A model generated the notes under the pieces. It saw only the letters and a list, made by a program, of their open reading frames with translations. It was not told the origin of the DNA and made no database searches. A DNA stretch of 63,435 bases from Octopus bimaculoides (lineage: Eukaryota): assembly GCF_001194135.2 (NCBI RefSeq), contig NC_068983.1, positions 12,839,808-12,903,242 on the forward strand, in the 5' to 3' direction. Position numbers and translations under genes: made by a program. Below, piece by piece: positions 25,551-37,960 of this stretch; the first letter of the stretch is position 1, and each line of letters starts with the position of its first letter.

Positions 25551-25942
25551 TTTGGAAGTTGTTGTTGGCACTCCGTCGCTTACGACGTCGAGGGTTCCAG
25601 TTGATCCGATCAACGGAACAGCCTGCTCGTGAAATTAACGTGCAAGTGGCTGAGCGCTCCACAGACAGGTGTACCCTTAACGTAGTTCTCGGTGATATTC
25701 AGCGTGACACAGTGTGACAGGGCTGACCCTTTGAATTACAGGCACAACAGAAACAGGAAATAAGAGTGAGAGAAAGTTGTGGTGAAAGAGTACAGCAGGG
25801 TTTGCCACCATCCCCTGCCGGAGCCTCGTGGAGCTTTTAGGTGTTTTCGCTCAATAAACACTCACAACGCCCGGTCTGGGAATCGAAACCGCGATCCTAT
25901 GACCGCGAGTCCGCTGCCCTAACCACTATATTGCGCCTCCAC
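25551..25942 (-). mobile_element. tRNA-headed SINE, family C (local name), full length with 11-bp TSD
   Basis: Minus head GTGGAGGCGCAA..AGTGGTTAGGGCAGCGGACTCGCGG...GGTTTCGATTCCC; CAA-type tail; TATATTGGAAG at 25540-25550 and 25943-25953; highly similar second copy at 62135. Confidence 0.92.
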
Positions 25943-27774
25943 TATATTGGAAGAACAGTGATGTATAGCTCAATTAACAAGTAATTGTTACATGTTTCAT
26001 AGATACAGAATTTGTCAAAAGAAATTATACTAATAGAATTACTTAGCGCGCGTAAACGAAAGCAGGGTATTTTAGTCGCTCGTCTCTGTCTCTTTGTCTG
26101 TGTTTGAAACATTACTGGCTCAGGTCACTCAGCTGTAAATATTTAACCCTGTGATTGACTAGCATCCCGTTCATTTGATTAGATCACACCATGAAAATCA
26201 GGTAACCAGGCCTGTGAGATCTAGGAATTGAGGCAGTAATGTCCAAGTGTTGATGGCGTTGATGTTCTATCATAGTTCTTGCTACTGTGCTTAAGTAGGT
26301 ATAGAGCTGATGGATACGAAATATATCGGCTAGTCCAGAGAAAATTTGCAAGAAATATCTTCCAAGAAATAATGTATTATAATTATGATATTTCCAGGAA
26401 ATTTGGCCATACAAGAGATCTAGGAATTCATATCAGTTGAATCGGTTTCACGATACGCACTAATCAAATTAGTGTTAAAGAAAACAGGACATATATATAA
26501 AAATAAATGAGGTAGAGTCACGCGTGGAAATAAAATACTTAGACATGAATTAAAGATAAAAGGAGCATGGAAAAATATACAATAATAAGATGATTGCAAA
26601 GTAGAAAGTAATATATAAGCGACACGAGAAGGCATCACGTTAATAATTGTCAAAAAAGATAAGATCAGGTTGTTCTTAAATAGGTTTCTCATGACCTATA
26701 GATAGAAATAGAGAAAAAAAAAATGAAACATTACCAAACTTACTATGCTTTTGAGATAGAAATAATTGAACTACTGAAATTCAGCACGAAATTACTATTT
26801 TCTTAAATAAAAATTTATTCAGTATTTGTTTTAAAGATAGCATTCAGATGAAAATATGTTCAGATATTCAAAGTATGTTTTGCATATCGTTGCCTATATC
26901 AGCGGATTTAACTTCTATTTTCCATTAAAAAAAAATTCAGCTTGATATTGTATATCTTTTAATATTTTTTCCATATTTTACTCTTTCCATATTTGTTTCA
27001 TCCCTATCAAATTCACCATAGATTGTGTCTCATACCAAACTAAATTAGCAACATGATAAGTATTACTTTACAGTAAGGTACAATGCCGGTCTTAAATTTC
27101 GCATACTAAGATATACATCAGCACCTGTAATTTCTGTTTCACAATCTTATTAGTAATTGAAAAGAAAACTTCCTCTTTCATTTACAGTGGTTCGTGGTTA
27201 TTTGAGGTTAAGGTACATTTTATTTATGTTGAGCTAAACATCAACACACTTAAATGACTTGTGACTGTCTCCCCACACGTATAGAGACAGAGCACACACT
27301 GTATATTATCTACAACATTGCTCCTCTCCTTATGTACCCATCTAATATCCGTTTTTTTAAAAATTACTATATTATCAGTAAAGAAACTACTTCACTCGTT
27401 AGACAGGTGTGGTAGTTGATCGTCGGATTTACGGAAGAGCCATCAATATTTCATGTAGAAGGAAAAGAGCAAAGAATTGGGTAATTGTATGGAAGGACTT
27501 GTGTCCAAAGCTTTTAACATCCTTACATTNNNNNNNNNNTTGTAAATAATAAATTGGTTGTCGATAATAGGACTATACTGATTTACATTCTTCGAACAGT
27601 TTGCGTAGTAAGCAAAATTTTTATGGTAAGTTGCTTATTCAGATATTTTCATTTTAAGTGGGCTTTGAAAGAGGTTGTCAATCTTATTTGAATAATATCA
27701 TTGTCTAGTCTTCCGAATATGTGTATGATTGGACAAAAGTTTTGAGAGACACTGATAATTACGCCTGTTTAAAA

Positions 27775-27865
27775 GTCTCTTCTCTCCACGCCAACGATGT
27801 TATCCAAAGAAAATGACAGCGATTTGGACCGATGCGGCACAACACCAGTGTCGTCACAGACACTA
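27775..27865 (-). mobile_element. Fragment related to SINE family D
   Basis: CTTCTCTCCACGCCAACGATGTTATCCAAAG...CACCAGTGTCGTCAC matches 57452-57512. Confidence 0.5.
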
Positions 27866-28094
27866 TATTTAACATGCAAAGACCCGGAACAGACACTGCT
27901 GGGTGCCCTGTCCAGTTCACTAACAGTTGCCATTGACAACTTTTTATCGACTCTTAAAGAATGAGAGTCATAATAGACGTTGGGGAAATAGAAATCAAAA
28001 CACGAAGAGATGGTGCAAATATCAAATGGTATGCTATAGAGTAAATAACAAATCTGCGTATTAGTCATCCTATATATATATATCATATAAGTTT

Positions 28095-28314
28095 AGGCGT
28101 AAGAGTGGCTGTGTGGTAAGTAGCTTGCCTACCAAGCACATGGGTTCAGAATTCACTTGAATTCTCGTAACTTAGCGTTTCGGCAAAACAGACCGATAAA
28201 ATAAGTGCTAGGATTATAAAGAATAGGTTCTGCAGTCGATTTTCTCGACTAAAAGGCGGTGCTCCAGCATAGCCGCAGTCAAATGACTGAAACAAATAAA
28301 CGAGTAAAAGAGTA
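28095..28314 (+). mobile_element. SINE family A with large internal deletion
   Basis: Head joined to the 3' module (CGTAACTTAGCG...) through a 16-nt non-SINE filler. Confidence 0.88.
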
Positions 28315-28861
28315 TGTGTTTATATAATACAGTGAAAAAAATAATATCAACTTAATGATGTATCCTATTCAGAAGCTTCCAAACACAAAGTGTGTTGCAT
28401 CTGTCTCTCTTTAATCAAACATTTCGTAAGCTAGAAGTTGGATTGAATTGTGACAAGCACAATTGTCGTGATTGGCATAAATTTACATTATCCATTAGTG
28501 AGCAAGTTGCAGGCATTAACAAGTACGCTTGATATACAATTAGACAGTCATTACAGTTGCTTCAAGGTTTAAAGTGTGAAAGTTAAACTTATAGCAACTG
28601 CTCGAGGGAGGCAACGGAAATCAATTTGGACATATTATTGCTTAGCGAAATGTGTAAATGATATATCGATGTGGCCCCATTGTCTGTGAATAATTGGTGA
28701 AAGAGAGCACAAAAGGAATATATGACAAGAAATGTAAACCTTGTAGTCACCGATCCATATTCACATTTATACACCCAGGTAAAATTCCACACACTGACAC
28801 TCAGTTATAATTCAGTATAATATAAAGTAACACACACACACACACATACATACACATGCAC

Positions 28862-28912
<51 letters not shown>

Positions 28913-29069
28913 CACACACACGCAGAAATATGTGCATGGATAGCAATTATATATATATATATATAACTGGTAGAAATTAACTATGTTAATACTGGGCATA
29001 CATATGCAAGCGTATTAAGCTCATACGATTCAGGCAATAACAAAAATAAACAAGAGTTTATCAGGAATC

Positions 29070-29690
29070 AAATTTAAATAAAGCCCAAAAATGAGAAATC
29101 TTAATTAACAACAATCGACTAACATCGATTATTATTTTCAATGCAAAACTTTATCCCATCTTACAGCTGTTTCTGCTTCTGATGTCCTACAATGTTGCCA
29201 AACAAAATTCTGAGAAAAATATTCGTCATATTTTGCAATAAATTCTTAATTTGAAAAACAAAACACTTAAGATAAAAGAAAAGAAAATAGGAAGAGCCTC
29301 GGAAGGACGAATGAAGGCTTAACATAAACATATTAAGCCTTCATTCCTCTTCTCGAGGTTCTTCCTATTTTCTTTTCTTTTATCTTAAGCGTTTTGTTTC
29401 AAACAAATCATACCATTTTACAGTGACGCTTCAGGCTTCATCACGAGGCTTTTCCACTTTTCTTTTATTTTATGTATTTTTCTTCACTCTGATGAAGTTC
29501 CATATTCCAGATCGGATGTGTTACAAAATATGACGAATATTATTCTCAGAATTCTATTTGGAATCGCTGTGGGACATTGGAAGCAGAAACGGCTGTAAGA
29601 TTGGATAATGTTTTGTATTAAAATAATAATCGATGGGAACCAATTGTTGTTGATCAAGATTTCTCCATTTTCTGCTTAATATAAATTTAT
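29070..29690. repeat. Nested inverted repeat (foldback)
   Basis: Outer arms about 29070-29240 and 29519-29690; inner hairpin arms 29251-29322 and 29333-29402 with a 10-nt loop; unpaired segment 29404-29518. Confidence 0.9.
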
Positions 29691-32351
29691 ATATATATAC
29701 ACACATATATATGTTAAAGAATGTACCTTGTGTTCTTTTCATAGAGTTATATACATATGTGTGTGTGTGTGTGTGCGTGCGTGTATACCTGAATGAAAAG
29801 AAGACAATGTAAATTCTTTAACACATATATGTGCGTATATATAAATATAAATATAAATATATGTGTATACACACACATATATACATATAAATAGATATAC
29901 ATATATATGTATATATATATTTNNNNNNNNNNNNNNNNNNNNNNNNNNNNNNNNNNNNNNNNNNNNNNNNNNNNNNNNNNNNNNNNNNNNNNNNNNNNNN
30001 NNNNNNNNNNNNNNNNNNNNNNNNNNNNNNNNNNNNNNNNNNNNNNNNNNNNNNNNNNNNNNNNNNNNNNNNNNNNNNNNNNNNNNNNNNNNNNNNNNNN
30101 NNNNNNNNNNNNNNNNNNNNNNNNNNNNNNNNNNNNNNNNNNNNNNNNNNNNNNNNNNNNNNNNNNNNNNNNNNNNNNNNNNNNNNNNNNNNNNNNNNNN
30201 NNNNNNNNNNNNNNNNNNNNNNNNNNNNNNNNNNNNNNNNNNNNNNNNNNNNNNNNNNNNNNNNNNNNNNNNNNNNNNNNNNNNNNNNNNNNNNNNNNNN
30301 NNNNNNNNNNNNNNNNNNNNNNNNNNNNNNNNNNNNNNNNNNNNNNNNNNNNNNNNNNNNNNNNNNNNNNNNATATATATATATATATATAATATATATA
30401 TATATGTATGTATGTATATGTATAGAGAGAGAGAAAGACAGATACATTGATACACACACACTCGAGTGTACTCAATAGGAAAATTAGACTCCCACTTTTA
30501 AATCAGAATCTGATGAACGTGGATTTGTATGGTGAGGTGGGGGCTATATGAGGTGAAGAGTATAAATTTATAAGATTAATAAAAAAAGCAAAATTGTGAT
30601 AAATGATTTGTTTCTATTACGAACTGTATTTGCCGGTCGATTCCGGAATAAAATTTTAAGTGCACGTCAAAATAAATAATTACGTCTATACGTATTGTAT
30701 GGACATATGTAAGTATGTGTGTATCTATGCTTATAATGTATTTACGTGTATGTACACACAATCGCAAACAGACAAAGCTCAACCTCAACCATCCCCATAT
30801 AGATAGACGTATACTTGTATACTTGTAGGCAAGTATTGTATGGGCAATACAGCGCATATATATATATATATATNNNNNNNNNNNNNNNNNNNNNNNNNNN
30901 NNNNNNNNNNNNNNNNNNNNNNNNNNNNNNNNNNNNNNNNNNNNNNNNNNNNNNNNNNNNNNNNNNNNNNNNNNNNNNNNNNNNNNNNNNNNNNNNNNNN
31001 NNNNNNNNNNNNNNNNNNNNNNNNNNNNNNNNNNNNNNNNNNNNNNNNNNNNNNNNNNNNNNNNNNNNNNNNNNNNNNNNNNNNNNNNNNNNNNNNNNNN
31101 NNNNNNNNNNNNNNNNNNNNNNNNNNNNNNNNNNNNNNNNNNNNNNNNNNNNNNNNNNNNNNNNNNNNNNNNNNNNNNNNNNNNNNNNNNNNNNNNNNNN
31201 NNNNNNNNNNNNNNNNNNNNNNNNNNNNNNNNNNNNNNNNNNNNNNNNNNNNNNNNNNNNNNNNNNNNNNNNNNNNNNNNNNNNNNNNNNNNNNNNNNNN
31301 NNNNNNNNNNNNNNNNNNNNNNNNNNNNNNNNNNNNNNNNNNNNNNNNNNNNNNNNNNNNNNNNNNNNNNNNNNNNNNNNNNNNNNNNNNNNNNNNNNNN
31401 NNNNNNNNNNNNNNNNNNNNNNNNNNNNNNNNNNNNNNNNNNNNNNNNNNNNNNNNNNNNNNNNNNNNNNNNNNNNNNNNNNNNNNNNNNNNNNNNNNNN
31501 NNNNNNNNNNNNNNNNNNNNNNNNNNNNNNNNNNNNNNNNNNNNNNNNNNNNNNNNNNNNNNNNNNNNNNNNNNNNNNNNNNNNNNNNNNNNNNNNNNNN
31601 NNNNNNNNNNNNNNNNNNNNNNNNNNNNNNNNNNNNNNNNNNNNNNNNNNNNNNNNNNNNNNNNNNNNNNNNNNNNNNNNNNNNNNNNNNNNNNNNNNNN
31701 NNNNNNNNNNNNNNNNNNNNNNNNNNNNNNNNNNNNNNNNNNNNNNNNNNNNNNNNNNNNNNNNNNNNNNNNNNNNNNNNNNNNNNNNNNNNTATATATA
31801 TATATATATATATATATGCATGTGTGTACGTATGTGTGTATGTATATATAAGTATGTATATATATATATATATGCATATAAGTAGGTAAGTGTGTCTGTA
31901 TGTAGTTCTTATAGCCGCTTATGTGTAGTAGATGTGTTTCTATCATTACTGATCGAATTTGCAATAAATCAAACGCAAAGCTATTAGTAAATACATTAGT
32001 GAACTATATGATTATAATGTATTAAAAAAATGCTATAACTTTTCCATTAAGATATTAGAACTAAGTATTCAATAATGTGTTCGTCTTTATTGAGGTACCA
32101 TGACTTATGAAGCGATTACACAAAGGTTGCAGGCAATGCAAATAAAGTTTAAAGCAATTGAACATTCTCTGCCCCTCTCTCATTATAGCTTTGTAAACAA
32201 AGGTTTAAATACATACATCCATACATAGACGCGCACACACACACACACACACTCACACACACACACAAATATATATATATATATAAATATGTACTGGCCT
32301 ACATATACACAAGTGCCCCAGAATGGCCATAATCTAATGACTGAAAAATGA

Positions 32352-32406
32352 AATATACCGGCCATGACGAAGGGAAATAGCCCTGAAACTCGAGTCGCCT
32401 TTATAT
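32352..32406 (+). ncRNA. Minimal type I hammerhead ribozyme motif, near intact
   Basis: GGC - CATGACGA (CTGACGA with one extra or changed base) - AGGG aaatag CCCT - GAAA - CTCGAG (perfect ACTCGAGT palindrome) - TC - GCC. Stem I extends through ATATA/TATAT after a 2x2 mismatch. Confidence 0.8.
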
Positions 32407-32997
32407 ATTTATATTTATATATTTATATATTTGATCCTTTATATTGAACACTCAATATTTCATCTACATTCAATACTTTCTTTCATGGTGCCATCCATTT
32501 TAATTTAATTTTATTTTATATTATATATTGTATATTATATTATATATTGTATATTCCATATTCTATACCCTACATTAGTTCTGCAGGAATATAAATAAAA
32601 CATAAAAAACAGACAGTGTTGGAACTCTTTTAAGCAAAATAATATATTCCTCTATACACAATCATACAAAAAACCCCACCTTTTTTGTATTTATTTTTAC
32701 TCGCATATATATATATCTATATATATATATATATACATATATACATACATACATATATACATATATAAATACATACATACATACATACATACACACCTAT
32801 AACTAGGTCATACTTGTTCGTAGGAAGGAAACGAAAAATAATACTGATACTTTGGGAAATAGAGGTAGAAAAGTATTTTTATGGAAACAATACAAGTTCC
32901 TAGCTCTGATACAAGTATCAGAATCTTCTGAAAACCTTTTATCACGATTTTCAAGAGATGGAATTGGTATAAACACAAGATGTGTATATATATATAC

Positions 32998-33028
<31 letters not shown>

Positions 33029-34621
33029 TGTATGTATGTATGTATGTATGTATGTATGTATGTATGTATGTATGTGTGTGTATGTGTGTGTGTGTGTATG
33101 TATGTATATATGTATATATATGCATTTTCATTTCCTGCTCTATATAACTATGTGTGCAATGTCCTGACTTATATTTAGAATTTTTCAAAAGTGTGACACT
33201 TTCAATAAGAAGGTCATCACGATATCAAGAGAATAGACATGGACGTATGTATATGTGTGTGTATGTATGTATGTACGTATGTATGTATGTATGTATGTAC
33301 GGATGTATGTATGTATTTAACCACAAACACACATACGTGCATGATATACATATAGTCATGTATAACTGTACGCATATAAGCGTGTATAGATATGGATGTT
33401 ATTGAGCGTGCGCATAGATATGTACTTTTGCGGAGGTCGTTTCTTACGTGGATCAGTTTTTTTAGACATACGTTAGGTTACATGAAATATATATGGTGTA
33501 CATGCACTTATTACATCATAAATTATTGAATATTTAATTGACGTACATTATTGACATGTATTTTATTGAATGATATGTATTGACAATGATTTTCCAATTT
33601 TTCTAGCTGTAATCTTGTAACTAGGCCTATTGTTTCCGGTTTTGTGAAACACCAGCACTTTATAATTATTACTGAAGTGGATAATTATGTATCAATGTAT
33701 TCAGGCAGTTATATTTTGTAATCTAGATTTATTTTCCGGATAGAATTACTGTAAATTTCCCATCAGTTCAGCATTGAATATTTTGTTCCTAAACTAAATT
33801 TGAAAATGATGAACACAAATACTGACCAATTGACTTCGAATACTGCGCTTAATCTGACTTCATTTCCCAGAACATTATGTTCTGGGAAATTTAATGTATT
33901 AATTTAATGTATGCTTTATTAAATTATTGACAGAAATATTCCAACGTTATTCTCAAATATGAGTTATTATATCATCTCATTTTTATTCTGTAATTGATAG
34001 AATGCAAGCTGTCAGAATATTCTCCAGTAATGCCTTGTCTCTTCATCGATGATACATATCTTGATACAATCCAAATGACAAATGACCAAAGGGAACATGT
34101 ATCAGACACTGATCTCTTGAAGTATCACTTTCCGGTTCGTTTCATTCTTTGCTATACACTCCTTGATAATTTTTCCTACAGCTAACTTCCACAACCTTGT
34201 AGAACTTTGGGTTCTTAATTCTGCTGACTCTATACATAGTTTGCAGTGCTCTTATAGCACGTGCTCTCAGAATTTGCAAATGGAAATGGATCCATATGCA
34301 TTTGTAGCTAAGGTAACTCAAATTGAAGGAAGTTCAGCGTTCTAAACTGACGTGCGTCTGAAGCTCTTTATCGCTAGAAACATGACATTCTCCTATATAG
34401 TATAGCAGAAAACTTCTTCTTCTTTACAGTAAGAATATAGGGCATCAAGTTGGGATGGACCAAGGTCCACAAAAAGATCGCTGTAGACATTCAGATATCA
34501 ACTGATTAAATGGAAATGAGTAACGAATATAAATTTAAGATCGCTGTATAATTTAACATAACGTCAATTAATTTGGAGCCTAACCACATACGTTAGGTAT
34601 ACAAATACGAATGTAAATTTG

Positions 34622-34976
<355 letters not shown>

Positions 34977-35129
34977 ATGCGCGTGTGTTGTATGTAATGA
35001 TACGGGAAGTATTGCTATCGAAAAGATCCAAGTGAGTGCTACGTGAGGATCCCGTTAGACTCTCGGTTTGAAAATAATTGGAGTGGGGAATCTAATGTGG
35101 GTCTTGTGTGAGCATGTATATTTGAAATT

Positions 35130-36650
35130 GCACCCTAAATCCTAACTCTGACCTTTTTGATATAACAATGGGATCTTCGGATTTCAGCCCATTTAACAGA
35201 CCTTGTAGGACTATTTCTTCCTTCAAAAATTAAGCAACACTTTCCTAACATCCTCCGTAGTGTCTATAATTATGACGCACTTTTGGCAGCTAACAATTAT
35301 CTCTTCCTGAGATTGAACGTACTAAGAAAGGTTTAATAAAATTCTTTAAAATTTATAATTTAAATATAGTGTTTGATATAGATCATAAAATTGCTAATTT
35401 TGTAGACGTCACAGTTAATCTTAACACTAATCTGCACTATCTATATAGAAAACCAAATCAAATCTTAAACGTTCTTTTAGTACATAAACGCTCCTTCTAA
35501 TCATCATAAATCAAACCTTGATGATATAGTAACAGCTATCTTAATTAGAATCTCAAATTTATCAGCGAACGGGGAGATATTCAACACTCAGGCTCCGTAC
35601 CGTATTTTAACCAAGCCCTAAACTTAAGTGGCTTTAAAAAGAAATATTTTAAATCCCTGATACAATTCATAAGACGAAAAGTGCAAATATCGTGAATGGA
35701 ACTGATTTTCAATCTTGTAATACGACCACCAACTTAGATAGACCAATCAAACGCATGAAAAGAAACACTGTATGAATGAAGCCCGAATAAATAAGATTAA
35801 ATTTAGGAATTCACATAAATATAAACCCTATATCCCCAACTAAACTAATCAGACCAATTACTCAAGACCTAGGAAATTGGAAACTATATGGTTTGCCCCG
35901 CCCTTCTCTCTTCAAGTCAAATCTTTACTCAAGTTAGTTTTTAAGATACCGATGGAAAAGTTTCCTAAAAATCATAAATATTATCCTATTTTTAATAGAT
36001 CCCTTGTGAAATTATCGTACTCTACTACTCCGAAGTTAGGTTCGATCATAGCGTCCATCAAGAGATCGAAACTCACTCTTAAGAAATCTACCCACACAAA
36101 GCTATATAATGAAGTCTATAACTCCAAATATGACACTAGCCCTAACGTAAATGTTACACCAGGTCACTCCTTGACAGTGGGATTAGTTCTAGTAATCCGA
36201 AAATTAATACCAATGCGGTGGGAGCATATGATTATCGAATTAAGGAGTCGTATTCTCTAGCTGGACCCAGTTTACGTAATAACGTAGTATATAGGGGTTC
36301 TGTGGAGATCCATGCAACACAGAGAGTAAGAGTTTATATAGGAATCACTGTAAACTTTAAACGTTGATATAGAGCCCGTTTGAACTCCTTTACAAACATA
36401 AAATATAAGCCTTCTACAACGCTAGCTACGTATATACAAGAACTTAAACTAAAAAGTCTATAATACTCATTATCTTCGTCTGTAATAACAGAAGGACCCC
36501 CATACAATAAAATTACGCGTGTATGTATATTGTGTATTACAGAGTTCATGAATATTCATCGTCGACATGAGCCTACATCATTTAATAAGATCTCGGATGC
36601 TATTTTTTCTTGTAACCATAGATACCATTCAACATTTAAGTATTTTGATA
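35130..36650 (+). mobile_element. Penelope-like element fossil: C-terminal RT half, thumb/linker and GIY-YIG endonuclease
   Basis: FDITMGS (35156), DLVGLFL, EIERTKK.LIKFFK, NFVDVTVNL, YRKPN, RISNLSAN.EIFN, IWFAPPFS, IFNRSLVKLSYS (ORF 35877), NNVVY (36278), YIG (36335), TTLATYIQELK, CILC, FNK.SD...C.H. Order is RT then EN; stops and frameshifts present. Confidence 0.85.
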
Positions 36651-37439
36651 AACCTTGATAAATTAACTATCACATCTTTAATTATCTATATTTTAATTAA
36701 TCTCTATACTCCTGTCATCTTGTAACTTCATATTGATCAATTATTACCTGCTTAACATTTACAATATTCTCTAAATTGCGTTTCCCATAATTCCTATATA
36801 ACTAAATCTCATCTACCCAGTACACCATTACACGAAATGTGAATCCTGAATAATACCCTATCTGATGAAGGAGGCGATAGCCAACCATTGAAATGAAAAT
36901 ACCCTTAAAATCTACGGATTACCATGTCCCTGAAAGGGCCATAAGAGGATTACCACCAACAGTTTTTCTAAACAGGATTACTTATTTTCTTGGATTATTT
37001 GCATACGCTTTTTGAAAAATCCAACCTCAACGCTACGATGCTTTTTTATTCGCTCTTAGAAAGACTTTATTTTATTCACCTTTTTGTGAGCGCAAATTTT
37101 ATTCTTAAATAATTTTTACAACGCCGTACTACAACAGCATTTGATATGACTGCAATTCAAAAAATATTTTTATACATCTATATTTATATACATCTATACT
37201 TTTATACATCTATACTTTCATAACCTAATTTCAGTCATCTATTTATATATGTATATTAATTTTTTTTTATATTTATGTATTCAAAAATGTTAAATATGTT
37301 TTAATATTTTAATGATTGATACATTGGAATATTTAAAGACTAATATACTTTGAGCCATGGCAGAATATATGTTTATTTAAGTGGTTGAATATATCTCCTT
37401 ATCATTCTCCTTATCATTTTCTTATACATTTGCATCTCA

Positions 37440-37960
37440 GATTTTATATCTGAGCACTTCAAACTATTGCCCATACAATAAACAAACACCACTATAAAAG
37501 CTTTATAATGAAGTCTATAGCTCCAAAAATGACACTAGTCCTAACGTAAATATTACGCCAGGTCACTCGCTGCGAGGAGAATAGACGAATAACATGGTGT
37601 AGAATCTTTTGCGCATTTCGCGTATTTTAATAAATCCAAATGATATATTACGAAATATCAACTCTTGAAACCGTAAAGAAGAAATATTTATGAAATATAA
37701 CCCACAAACTTCACCACACTGAATAACATAAGCCTGCCAACAAACTACAATTAACTACCATCTTTTGTGACCTTACCATAAGGGATGAATTCTCAGATTG
37801 AATATCCACATTTTCAAATCAAAAAGTTAAAAGTACCATTGATACCCAACAATAACAACTTAAGCGAGAGACATATATGCTGACCAACATATATCTTTGA
37901 ATGTAAGTGCATTTTATAAACCTCTATGACCTGAAGATGACATGCGTAAATATACATGTC
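37440..37960 (+). mobile_element. Second, more decayed PLE linker/endonuclease copy
   Basis: 37497-37568 repeats 36098-36169 with a few substitutions, followed by SLRGE*TNNMV* (decayed PL.G.C..NVVY). Confidence 0.55.

Noticed and set aside
26216-26428. 14-bp direct repeat GAGATCTAGGAATT around 185 nt containing CTGATGG-ATAC-GAAA-TATATC
   Set aside because: The core is mismatched, stem I cannot form, and a repeat of this length at this distance is plausible by chance.
29739-31964. Long ORFs (up to 462 aa) here and at the other N-gaps (about 3720-3985, 9551-9669, 20232-20350, 39234-39897, 44839-45367, 48634-48826, 54805-54884, 57700-57806, 58889-59274)
   Set aside because: They consist of X from gaps plus YI/HT/CV/LS dipeptides from microsatellites; not coding.
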